Below, piece by piece: positions 51,212 to 61,527 of a DNA stretch of 64,000 nucleotides. The notes beneath the pieces were generated by a model that saw nothing but the letters and a program-made list of their open reading frames with translations, was not told the origin of the DNA and did not search any database. The DNA is from Nitrosopumilus sp. (lineage in GTDB: Archaea; Thermoproteota; Nitrososphaeria; Nitrososphaerales; Nitrosopumilaceae): contig OZ242186.1 of NCBI GenBank assembly GCA_965205675.1, positions 160,001 to 224,000 on the forward strand, given 5' to 3'. The position numbers and the translations under genes were made by a program. The number at the start of each line of letters is the position of its first letter. Position 1 is the stretch's first letter.

Positions 51212-52126
51212 TTAAGGTACTGAGATCTTGGATAGGGATCTGTTTGTGTCAGATGTATCCATCATATGGTTCCAAGTGTTGCTGACATAGATTGTTTGAC
51301 CTGGAACATACGACTTTGTTATTGTGGAATGACATCCACGTTGTAGCCCATCCAGACAATCATAACTATTTAAAGAACTCCACGTATCACTAAATATTAT
51401 TTGGTTGTTGTTCTTAATTACAAATGACTCGATATCAAATGTTCTGTTGAACATGAAGAATCGTACACTATCGTAAAATGAATCCAAATAAGGATGATCC
51501 TCATCTAGAAAAGACAAAGTATACGTTCTTTCACAGGTTCCAGGACTGTCTTGGTATAATACAAGATACAAGTCATTATCGCCATTGTATGCATTGCCGT
51601 TGTGTATGCCGCCATCAATGTCTAGACGTAGTTGTTTGTATGTTGGATTTGTAGTACTTGAACATGCGGCACTTGCACTAGGAATACCAAACCAATCTAG
51701 AAAACTAACATCTATCCTATCTGCATAATCTGACTCTTGTAATGTTTTTAGTTTCTCGTCTTTTATTGTTTCATCAAAGATATAATTTTTTACAGCTGCA
51801 ATCTCTACATCAGTCAGGTTTCTAGTTTCTGAATCCACACGGGCTTGTTCAATTACAGTACTAAAGAACTCGTCATATTCTGCCTTGATTTCATTAGATT
51901 TTACTTGAAAATCTTTTGTATCTGCATCATCTATTAATTCTCGAATATCATCTTTGAACTCTTGTTTTGTTAGTTCATCAACAACTCCAACTGGTCCTAC
52001 CTCATCTGTAGAATCCTCACCTGGTCCATTCTGAGCATCTGCAAAATCAATCATACTAAACGGTAGAATCATTGCAGTAATTATTCCTGCAAACAAAATT
52101 GTCTGTACTTTTTTATCATTTTTCAT
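51212..52126 (-). CDS. Secreted protein with shared MKNDKK leader, acidic pro-region and Cys-containing C-domain
   Basis: Leader near-identical to 38438; no recognisable catalytic motif. Confidence 0.75.
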   Translation of the reverse strand: MKNDKKVQTILFAGIITAMILPFSMIDFADAQNGPGEDSTDEVGPVGVVDELTKQEFKDDIRELIDDADTKDFQVKSNEIKAEYDEFFSTVIEQARVDSETRNLTDVEIAAVKNYIFDETIKDEKLKTLQESDYADRIDVSFLDWFGIPSASAACSSTTNPTYKQLRLDIDGGIHNGNAYNGDNDLYLVLYQDSPGTCERTYTLSFLDEDHPYLDSFYDSVRFFMFNRTFDIESFVIKNNNQIIFSDTWSSLNSYDCLDGLQRGCHSTITKSYVPGQTIYVSNTWNHMMDTSDTNRSLSKISVP

Positions 52127-52299
52127 GTTATTGTCACATCGCAAAAATTATTCCAATATAAAGATAACTTAGACATGGGCATAATCAATTACAAAAAACA
52201 AAACCAAAAAATAATTATTATCAAATTGATTTTGTTTTAATCAACATAATCTAATGTATATTCAATATGACTTTACAATTCCATGATATTATTCCATCA

Positions 52300-53449
52300 T
52301 ATAGTTAAGGCATTAAATATTTGAACACTTTAACAACTCGAACCGCTCCATTGTCTAGTCTCTTCTGCATGTGTTTTCTCATTTCAGTTCCATTTGCAAA
52401 GAATGTATTGGCATTACCATTTTTCTCTTCTCTCCACTGTATCTCAATTGGATTGAGTTCTGGAGTGTATGCAGGAAAATATCTAATTATTACTTTATTT
52501 TTTGGTGCTTTGAGAAATTCTTTTACTCGGACACTTTTGTGGTATGATGCATTATCTGCAAACAGTAACAATTTCTTACCAAATTGTTTTTGCAGTGATT
52601 CTAAAAAATCAAGAAATGAGTCTGTGTTTGATTTATCATAGAACCTGCAAAAAAATACACCGTTATTGCCCAATGCACCAAATGATTGAAATTTTTCTCG
52701 AGTGTAATTAATTGGTGTGGTAATGTTATTGCCTGCAAGATACCATCCGCGCTTTATGTTGGGTGCTACTTTATTTGTTGACTCGTCCAGACATAGTGTG
52801 GTGTATCCCAATTTGGAATATTTTTTGATACTCCTTTTTGCGTTTTTTTAAAACGGGTTTGTTCCTCTTTTGAGGCTGATTTGTGATGAGTCTGTCTTGG
52901 TTTTTTAGATGAGAATCCGATTCTGTGCAGCAATTCACGCATTCCTCTTGCAGAGTATAGCGTGTTGTATTTTTTATTCACATGTGTAATTACCATTCTT
53001 GTACTCCACATGAATTGATTGAATCCAAACTTTTCTGGACCTGAAATTAGATCACCTCTTAATGACACTAGTTGTTTTTTATTTAAGAAACATCTAGAGC
53101 CAGAATATTTCTTGCGGCGTGATGCAGTTATTCCCTCTTTATCCATTCGATTTAGCCAGTAGGACAGAGTTGATGGTATGACATCCAAACTGGCACATAT
53201 CACAGAATACGGAATATCTTGTTTTCTTAGTATTGCAGCCTTTAATCTTATCTTCGCTTTTGCATTTTTTTCATTCTTGCATGTTTTTCTTAAAAAATTA
53301 ATGCTTGTTCCTTTCATGAAATGGCTTCCTGAAGATACCATTAATGCTTTAGTTTGTTTTGACATGATTCTGTAAGTATAAACTATGATCTAGATCTTTT
53401 GGGTTAAAATAGTTGATAATTCGTTCAAAATTTATATGCCTAAACTATA
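52300..53449 (-). mobile_element. IS630-family element B, two ORFs (52766-53365, 52305-52811) joined by a probable -1 frameshift
   Basis: ~27-bp imperfect TIR TATAGTT(A/T)AGGCAT..; TTTTAAAAAAAC at the overlap; LDES, DNASYH, TPELNPIE. Confidence 0.92.
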
Positions 53450-53508
53450 GAAAGTGGGATAAAGTAATATGGATTATATGTTAGGATTTTACCGTATTAA
53501 ATAATAAC

Positions 53509-55528
53509 ATGAAAAATTTAACAAAAAAGACACAAACAATTTTGTTTGCAGGAATAATTACTGCAATGATTCCTGCCCTTTAGTACGATGAATGTCGTAG
53601 ATGCTCAGAATGTCCCAGGAGAGGATTCTACAGATGAGATTGGACCAGTAGGAGTTGTTGATGAATTAACAGTACTAGATTCTGTATTAGATGACTATTT
53701 AGAGGAATTAGAAGTTGAACAAGATGTAGAATATACAGAATATTTGGATACTGCAGTTACTAGATTAGAAATTGCAAAAGCAATGATGCAGGTTTCAAAA
53801 AATTCTACTGATATTGCAATGAAATATCAAAACCACACTGTTCTAGAACTGCTTGTCCTTCTTGATCAAACATATGGACCTGAGGATTATCCTGCAACTA
53901 ACAGTGATAACAATTCAACACATACAAACATAGACATGCTAACTGAAAATAATCATGTATCTGGACTTTATTTTGTTAGTCATAGTACGCCAGAAGTTGA
54001 TGTGTTGAATTACAACAACCATCACCAAAAACAATATGATTGTATGGACAGAATAACCCTTACAGGTAAATCTTTATTGGTCTGGTCCCCTCTAGAGTAG
54101 GACCGGTAGCATACATACACTTTTCAGATAACTTGGGAGGCTTACCCTCATGGTAAAGAGCAAATTCACATCAGCAGAAAAGTCAAGAGTGGTTTTAGAG
54201 TCACTAAACACAAACATTGCAACTGCAGAGTTGTGCAGAAAGTACAATATTCATCCACAGACATTCTACCAATGGAGGGAACGATTTGTAGAAGGTGGCA
54301 AGGCATCATTAAATGGCACACCAAACGGAGATGTCTGCAAGAATCTGCAAAAGGAAAATGATTCCCTCAAAAAACTAATCGGCGAGATCACAATTGCCAA
54401 TGACATTTTAAAAAAAACGTTGGAGAACCAGAAAAGATGACTGCAGTGAATCAACTGAACAAACACATCAGTTTGAACAAGTCATTGTTATTAATTGGAG
54501 TCTCAAAATGCAAATGGTATTACTCAAAGTCACCAAGAAGGATTCAGACAGATCCTGCAGTAACTGATGTAGTTCAAAAGATTGGAAAACAAAGGCCAAC
54601 TTATGGAACCAGACGCATGGCATCCCAAGTCTCAAGGGAACTGAACAAGCCTGTAAACAGAAAACAAATCAGAAGAATATTTCACAAATTGGGCTGGATT
54701 GAGCCTAAAAAGACCAAAAATGACATCATCAAATCTGCCAGAACATTATTCAAGCCTGATGCACCAAACCAGTTGTGGCAGACAGACATCACCTATGTCT
54801 GGTGTGGAGTTGACAGATGGTGCTACTGCTTTAACGTGATTGATGCATTTAGCAGGAAATGGATTTGGCATTCATTTGATGTGGCAGCTCCAAAGAGCAC
54901 TGCAATTAACAGCATCATTAATGCAGTAGCTACTGCAAAGCCTGATTGCACAAAACTGATTCTCAGAACTGACAACGGTTCGCAATACAACAGCCGAGAT
55001 TTCAGAAAAGCAGTTGTTCTACTTGGAATAAGACACGAATTCATCTGGCACCACACGCCAGAACAAAACGGACATGTCGAATCATTCCACAAGACACTCA
55101 AGAAGGAATACTTGTGGAGGTACGAGTTTGCAAACTATCAGGAAGCCGAAGTTGCTCTAGAGAAAGCACGAATCGATTACAATGGTTCCAGGATTCATTC
55201 AGCGTTAGGATACCTTACTCCTGATGAATTCATGGAGTTATGGGAGATGAAAACATAAATGAATCAGACTGTATGTAAGATTATGCAAAAAGTGGTACTA
55301 AAAACAGGGGTCCACTCCATTATCTGTCTTAACATCATACTCAGACAACACTGCAACGATTACTGGTACATTTGATTATCCAGAAGATATGGATAAAAAT
55401 ATCAGAGAACGAAGAAGTAATGAATGCTTGAGTTTTGAACACGATGAAACAGTAAAACGACATGATGTTATGATATCCCTTGATCCTAGAGAAATAATAC
55501 GAGCTCAAGTGTGTACTTTGACGGAATC
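53509..55528 (+). pseudogene. Third shared-leader secreted protein, hit by a +1 frameshift (~53572), an IS3 insertion and ISH3 truncation
   Basis: MKNLTKKTQTILFAGIITAMI(L)PFSTMNVVDAQ; frame continues open after IS3 (SVLTSYSDNT..VCTLTE). Confidence 0.82.
54078..55319 (+). mobile_element. IS3-family element copy 2 (orfA 54150-54440, orfB 54437-55258), TSD TTAT
   Basis: 1242 bp; proteins identical to copy 1; TTAT on both sides. Confidence 0.96.
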
Positions 55529-56846
55529 CAGTAGATGGGAAAGTAACTCAATTTAGATCAAAAACTATCAATTATTCAATCAATCTATTCAGATAGAAAA
55601 AGCTTGATGGAAGTATGTCACTCCATCAAATATGCATTGTACTTCATTTGATACCATGACACACCAAGGCGTGATACCATCTAAAGCATTTGAGATTATC
55701 ACTAAAATAATGTACAATATCTTATTGTTTCCATGCTCTAGTAAAAATAACTCACGGTTCCACAATGCTGATGCACACAATTCTATCATGTCATTGTGTT
55801 TGGGAAATTCATATTCTGAATCTGGATTAAAGAGACTGGCAATGGAATCATATAATGCTTCTCCAACTGGTTCATGGTTGAGAAAAATCATATCAAAAAT
55901 ATCACAAAAAACAATGCAAATTCAATTACATCAGTCACTAGATAGTACAGTATCAAAATTACGAGAACTGGGAGTATTGGAACAACCAGTTACTGTAGCA
56001 ATTGACAAACATCTAATCCCAAGATATGACAAATTGCCAAACCATTCTTTAATAAAATCAAAATCTAAAAACAGTACTACTCATTTTGAGAGTTACTGCA
56101 CCATGCAGTGCGTTGAAAAAAGAATCAGGGCTCAACTAGGTTGTTATCCTTTGTATGACAACAAATCAAATGCCGATTTTGTGCGTAAATTACTCTCTGA
56201 TGGCATCAATAATGGAATCAAGATTAAACTATTGCTAGTGGATAGGGAGTTTTTCACAGCTGGAACAATTTCAGAAATAACACAAAAGAATCTGAAATTT
56301 CTAATGCCTGCAAAAAGAATTCTCGAGTCAAAGATGCCATTTTACAATACGTTAATGGAGATAGAAAGTCAATCTCGCCATACACAATAAAATCATCATC
56401 AGGACATGTAGAATCATTTAATCTAGTTATTCTGCCAAACAAAAATGCAAGAAAAAAATCAGATATTATTGATCAGTATGTTGTGTTTGCAACAAACGTT
56501 TCACCAAAAGAAATATCATATAACATACAAAACATTCCAACTGACTACAAGAAACGTTGGGGGATTGAAACAGGCTATGCATGTGTGGGAAGGTTCAGAC
56601 CAAAAACCACCAGTTCAAACCAATCCATAAGATTGTTGTATTTCTACTATTCATTGATTTTGTACAATGCATGGATAATTGCTAATTTGATTATCTCAGA
56701 AGAAACTAATGTACAAAATCACAAACCAATAATATCAATTGAAATTCTCAAATATTTCTTTGTAAAGATAATTATTCATTACTTTAGAAATAACAAAAAT
56801 AATTATTTTCTAGAATGTGTAACTTGAGTTACTTTCCCATCTACTG
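55529..56846 (+). mobile_element. ISH3-family element with frameshifted transposase (55632-56390, 56483-56827)
   Basis: Perfect 23-bp TIR CAGTAGATGGGAAAGTAACTCAA; VAIDKH..PRY, LVDREFF, YKKRWGIETGY; no TSD. Confidence 0.92.
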
Positions 56847-56886
56847 AAAATAAACAAAATTATAAGTATTTCCACATGGATTGTAG

Positions 56887-56971
56887 TGCGGGAGGTGGGA
56901 TTTGAACCCACGAAATCCTAAGATATAGGGTCCTAAGCCCTACGCCTTTGACCAGGCTGGGCGACTCCCGC
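56887..56971 (-). tRNA. tRNA-Leu(TAG)
   Basis: GCGGGAG/CTCCCGC acceptor; TAGGG-CTTAGGA-CCCTA anticodon arm; long variable arm; GTTCAAATC. Confidence 0.95.
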
Positions 56972-57019
56972 AATGAATTTGCCATTAAACACAAATTTAT
57001 CTATTATTGCGTAGTTATT

Positions 57020-58369
57020 ATGGCGAAATTTTTTGGAACAAACGGAATTCGTGGAATCTTTGATGATGATTTTACATTAGAATTCATTCATGATATGACA
57101 CTTGCAATTGGAACATATTTTGGAAAAAGATCTGTATTGATTGGATATGATGGACGAGAATCAAGTCCTGCTATATGTAAGGTAGTTAGTTCTGCTCTGA
57201 ATTCAATAGGAATTGATTGCAATGTTGCAGGTATTGTTCCAACTCCTTGTCTTGAATATGCAGTAAAGAGTTTAGGATATTCTAGTGGATTTATGATTAC
57301 TGCATCCCATAATCCTCCACAATACAATGGAATCAAACCTGTTGCTAGTGATGGAGTTGAAATTTCACGTGAAGATGAACTAGTCATTGAAGATATCTAC
57401 TTGCAAAAAAAATGGCTAGCCAAACCTACAAAATGGGGAATTACAGGAACTGAAAATAGAGCCATTGCAACATATCTTAAAGGAATCATTTCTCATGTTG
57501 ATTCTAGACTAATAGAATCAAAACATTTCAAAGTCGTTTTAGATTTAGGAAACGGCGCACAAACAGTATCTGCACCTAATTTTTGTGAATTACTTGGCTG
57601 TGAAACATTTCTTGTCAATCAAAAATTAGATGGTGAATTCCCAGGACGTGGATCTGAGCCAACTCCACAAAATCTTTCTGTACTTTCACAAACAGTACGA
57701 GAAAATAATGCAGATGTAGGAATTGCGTTTGACGGTGATGGTGATCGAAGTATGTTTTGTGATAATAATGGAGATATCTTAACTGGAGACAGATCTGCAC
57801 TTGTACTTTCACAACATATCTTAAAGAAAAATCCAAACTCTTTGATAGTAACTTGTTTGAATTCTGATTCTAACATTGAAGTTTTAGCTGATAAATTCAA
57901 TTCTAAAGTTATTCGAACCAAAGTAGGAAGTGTTGAAGTTTCAAGAAAGATGGTTTCAACTGATGCACTAATTGGGTTTGAAGAAAATGGGGGTTTTATG
58001 TATGGAAAACACAATCAAGTTCGAGACGGATGTATGGCTTTGGCACTAATGCTTGATTTACTTGCAGTATCTGAAAAATCCTTGGTCGAAGAAATTGTTA
58101 ATTTACCTCCTTCTTTTACCGCCAAAGACAAAGTTTTGTGTGCTACAGAAAAAGTTCCAAAATTGATTTCCTCCCTCAAAGAAGAGTTCCCCAATTCTGA
58201 TACTTCTGATGGCATCAAGATTATAATTGATCTTGAAAATTGGGTGATGATTAGACCTAGTGGAACTGAACCAGTTGTTAGAGTATATGCAGAAGCTGAA
58301 AGTCAGGAGAAATTAGATATTTTGATGTCTGAATTTCTTGTAAAAATTAACTCTATAATTTCCAGATAA
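57020..58369 (+). CDS. glmM: Phosphoglucosamine mutase / phosphomannomutase family
   Basis: FGTNGIRG, ITASHNP, FDGDGDR, RPSGTEP. Confidence 0.88.
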   Translation: MAKFFGTNGIRGIFDDDFTLEFIHDMTLAIGTYFGKRSVLIGYDGRESSPAICKVVSSALNSIGIDCNVAGIVPTPCLEYAVKSLGYSSGFMITASHNPPQYNGIKPVASDGVEISREDELVIEDIYLQKKWLAKPTKWGITGTENRAIATYLKGIISHVDSRLIESKHFKVVLDLGNGAQTVSAPNFCELLGCETFLVNQKLDGEFPGRGSEPTPQNLSVLSQTVRENNADVGIAFDGDGDRSMFCDNNGDILTGDRSALVLSQHILKKNPNSLIVTCLNSDSNIEVLADKFNSKVIRTKVGSVEVSRKMVSTDALIGFEENGGFMYGKHNQVRDGCMALALMLDLLAVSEKSLVEEIVNLPPSFTAKDKVLCATEKVPKLISSLKEEFPNSDTSDGIKIIIDLENWVMIRPSGTEPVVRVYAEAESQEKLDILMSEFLVKINSIISR

Positions 58370-58431
58370 CACTTTTAAAACCAAACGCATCGATGGATAG
58401 AATGGAGAATGAACCCCTAGGGTGACGAAAT

Positions 58432-58818
58432 ATGGGAAAAGCATATTATGTTAAATTTGAGACGCCAGAAGACCTCGTTAATCCAATCTTAGAGGCCATT
58501 AGAGTATCATCTACTAGTGGTAAAGTCAAGAAAGGAACCAACGAAGCAACCAAGGCAATTGAACGTGGTACTAGTAAACTAATTGTAATCGCTGAAGATG
58601 TTGAACCGCCAGAGGTAGTTGCTCATCTTCCAATTCTTTGTGAGGAACAAGGAGCAGCATATGCATTTGTACCAAGCAAAGATGAATTAGGCAAATCATT
58701 AGGTATTGATATTACTTCTGCCGCTGCAGCAATTTTGGATGCAGGTGATGCACAGCACATTGTAGATCAAGTTGTATCATCCATAGCTAAAATTAAAGGC
58801 GGTAAAACTGAAGAATGA
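58432..58818 (+). CDS. rpl7ae: 50S ribosomal protein L7Ae
   Basis: [29 protein letters not shown]. Confidence 0.97.
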   Translation: MGKAYYVKFETPEDLVNPILEAIRVSSTSGKVKKGTNEATKAIERGTSKLIVIAEDVEPPEVVAHLPILCEEQGAAYAFVPSKDELGKSLGIDITSAAAAILDAGDAQHIVDQVVSSIAKIKGGKTEE

Positions 58819-59027
58819 GCACAACAACTGATGAAGTAGTTCAATCTGAAATTATACAAATTGTTGGTAGAACTGGTATTGCTGGTGAGGTAATTCAAGT
58901 TAGAGTTAAAGTTCTTACAGGTAAAGATAAAGGAAGAATCCTTACAAGAAATGTCAAAGGCTCTGTTAGAATGGGGGAAATTCTTATGCTAAGAGAAACT
59001 GAAAGAGAAGCAAAGAAAATCAAATAG
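58815..59027 (+). CDS. rps28e: 30S ribosomal protein S28e
   Basis: [25 protein letters not shown]. Confidence 0.97.
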   Translation: MSTTTDEVVQSEIIQIVGRTGIAGEVIQVRVKVLTGKDKGRILTRNVKGSVRMGEILMLRETEREAKKIK

Positions 59028-59035
59028 GTGTTAAG

Positions 59036-59236
59036 ATGAGTCTTTTAGTTAAACCATGTAATTTCTGCAATAGACCTGTTGTAAAAGGATCTGGTACTAT
59101 GCTTGCTAAAAATGATGGAACTGTCTTATGGTTCTGTTCTGCAAAATGTAAAAAAAATGCTTTAATCTTAAAACGTGATCCAAGAAAGCTAAAATGGACA
59201 AAAAAATACGTTAAAGGTGGAATTAGAAAGAAATAG
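59036..59236 (+). CDS. rpl24e: 50S ribosomal protein L24e
   Basis: CNFC..G.GTM..DG..FCSAKC..PRKLKWT. Confidence 0.96.
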   Translation: MSLLVKPCNFCNRPVVKGSGTMLAKNDGTVLWFCSAKCKKNALILKRDPRKLKWTKKYVKGGIRKK

Positions 59237-59238
59237 AA

Positions 59239-59640
59239 TTGACTGAACAATCATTATTCATTGTAAAACCTGATGCCGTAGCTAGAAATCTAGTTGGCGA
59301 AGTTGTATCAAGATTTGAAAGAAAAGGATTCAAACTTTTGAAACTAAAAATGTTTACATTCACTCAAGCACAAGCTGAAAATTTTTATGGTATTCATAAA
59401 GACAAATCCTTCTTTGGAGAGTTGACATCGTTTATTATATCGGGACCTGTCGTAGCTGCAATTATTGAAGGAAACAATGCAATTGCAACTACAAGAATTA
59501 TGATTGGCGCAACAAAATCCTTTGAAGCAGACCCTGGTTCTATAAGAGGAGATTTTGGATTAGGATTTAGTGAAAATATTATTCATGCATCAGATTCACA
59601 AGAAAGTTTTGATCACGAATCGAGGGTAGCATTTGAGTGA
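59239..59640 (+). CDS. ndk: Nucleoside diphosphate kinase
   Basis: VKPDAV, PGSIRGDF, NIIHASDS. Confidence 0.97.
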   Translation: MTEQSLFIVKPDAVARNLVGEVVSRFERKGFKLLKLKMFTFTQAQAENFYGIHKDKSFFGELTSFIISGPVVAAIIEGNNAIATTRIMIGATKSFEADPGSIRGDFGLGFSENIIHASDSQESFDHESRVAFE

Positions 59641-59646
59641 TCTGAT

Positions 59647-61428
59647 TTGCAAATTCGTCAGCCCATAGTGGCAGTTCTTGGTCACGTAGACTCTGGAAAA
59701 ACATCCCTATTAGACAGAATTCGTGGAACCGCCGTTCAAGGTAGAGAAGCAGGTGGAATTACACAACATATTGGTGCAAGTTTTCTTCCGACTGAGACAA
59801 TCAAAGAAATGTGTGGCTCTCTATACAAAAAACTAGAAGAATCAGAAAACAAAGTTCCCGGAATTTTAGTTATTGACACACCAGGACACGAAGTTTTTAC
59901 AAATCTTCGTTCTCGAGGAGGTTCAGCAGCTGATATTGCAATATTGGTAGTTGATGTTAATCGAGGATTCCAACCACAAACAAATGAAAGTTTAAAGATT
60001 TTACAAAGCAGAAGAGTTCCCTTTGTTGTTGCCCTAAACAAATGTGATCAGATATCTGGATGGAGAAAATCTGAAACAAAATTCATCTCACAATCAATCA
60101 AAGAACAAGATGCATCAGTTCAAGCTGATTTAGATCAAAAACTGTATGATGTTGTAGGAACTTTATCTATTCTAGGATACAAATCAGAAGCATTCTATCG
60201 CATAGAGGATTTTAAATCAGAAATTGCCATAGTTCCAATTTCTGCTCGTTCAGGAGTGGGAATTCCTGAACTACTCAGCGTTTTAGTTGGATTAACTCAA
60301 CAATATCTCAAAAAAAGACTAGATCAGGAAGAAAAAGAACCTCGGGGGATTGTACTTGAAGTAAAAGATGAAGTCGGATTGGGACAAATTGCAAATGTAA
60401 TCCTAATTGATGGCGTAATTAAAAAAGAAAATAGCATTGTTGTTGCAAAACGTAATTCGATAATTGTCACAAAACCCAAAGCACTACTTTTACCAAAACC
60501 TCTTGATGAGATGCGTGATCCTCGTGATAAATTCAAACCAGTTCCTCAAGTCAAGGCAGCAGCTGGGTTGAAAATTGCATCACCGGAGTTAGAAGGAGTC
60601 TTACCTGGAAGTACTCTTTATGTTGCATCAAGTAATGAGGAGATTGAAAAATACATCAAACTCATAGAATCTGAAATGAAATCGGTCTTTGTTGATACTG
60701 AAACTAATGGAGTTATTTTAAAATGTGATACTATAGGTTCACTTGAAGCTATAATGGAAATGTTAAAACGTTCTCAAGTTCCTGTTGCCAAAGCTGACAT
60801 CGGTCCTATAACTAGACGGGATGTAATTGAAGCAAAAGCTATCAAAGAAAAAAATAGACATTTAGGAGTTGTTTTGGCATTTAATGTGAAGGTTTTACAT
60901 GATGCAAAAGAAGAATCAGAAGTTAGTCACATCAAATTATTTGAAGATAAAGTCATTTACAGTCTAATTGATAATTATAATACTTGGGTAGAAAAAGATT
61001 CTGCAAATGAAGAAGATATGATGTTTGCAGAATTGACACCAATTTCAAAATTCTCTTTTATGAAAGGAATGGTTTTCAGAAATAATAATCCTGCAGTCTT
61101 TGGTGTCCGAGTAGACGTTGGAAATCTAAAACACAAAATCCCCTTTATGAATATGGCCGGACGTAAAGTTGGATACATACATCAGCTTCAACTAGATAAA
61201 AAGACCGTATCTTCTGCAAAAACCGGAGATGAGGTTGCATGTTCTGTTAAAGATGTTACAATTGGTCGACAAATTTTTGAAGAAGAAGTATACTATACGT
61301 TTCCTCCATCACATGAGGCAAAACACATTCTCAATAAATTTATACACAAGCTTAGTCCTGAAGAACAACAAGTATTCAACGATATTGTAAGAATTCAAAG
61401 AAAAATAGAACCAGTTTACGCATATTGA
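59647..61428 (+). CDS. infB: Translation initiation factor aIF5B/IF-2
   Basis: GHVDSGKT, GGITQHIGA, DTPGHE, NKCD. Confidence 0.97.
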   Translation: MQIRQPIVAVLGHVDSGKTSLLDRIRGTAVQGREAGGITQHIGASFLPTETIKEMCGSLYKKLEESENKVPGILVIDTPGHEVFTNLRSRGGSAADIAILVVDVNRGFQPQTNESLKILQSRRVPFVVALNKCDQISGWRKSETKFISQSIKEQDASVQADLDQKLYDVVGTLSILGYKSEAFYRIEDFKSEIAIVPISARSGVGIPELLSVLVGLTQQYLKKRLDQEEKEPRGIVLEVKDEVGLGQIANVILIDGVIKKENSIVVAKRNSIIVTKPKALLLPKPLDEMRDPRDKFKPVPQVKAAAGLKIASPELEGVLPGSTLYVASSNEEIEKYIKLIESEMKSVFVDTETNGVILKCDTIGSLEAIMEMLKRSQVPVAKADIGPITRRDVIEAKAIKEKNRHLGVVLAFNVKVLHDAKEESEVSHIKLFEDKVIYSLIDNYNTWVEKDSANEEDMMFAELTPISKFSFMKGMVFRNNNPAVFGVRVDVGNLKHKIPFMNMAGRKVGYIHQLQLDKKTVSSAKTGDEVACSVKDVTIGRQIFEEEVYYTFPPSHEAKHILNKFIHKLSPEEQQVFNDIVRIQRKIEPVYAY

Positions 61429-61527
61429 TATTTTTACTAGATTACGTATTCATTTAGAGTTCAAATCATTTTTGATCTTTATTGTTTTGCTTGTTAACTG
61501 AATAGATTTAGAAGATATGTCTCAAAC

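Noticed and set aside
40164-55319. Composite transposon or inversion bounded by the two IS3 copies
   Set aside because: Copy 2 has its own TTAT TSD inside a gene that reads through, so it inserted independently
56948-57019. ORF-track N-terminal extension of the phosphohexomutase
   Set aside because: Overlaps tRNA-Leu; the family motif FGT.GIRG begins right after ATG 57020
2311-61178. Many 60-155 aa ORFs antisense to well-supported genes
   Set aside because: Shadow ORFs without motifs
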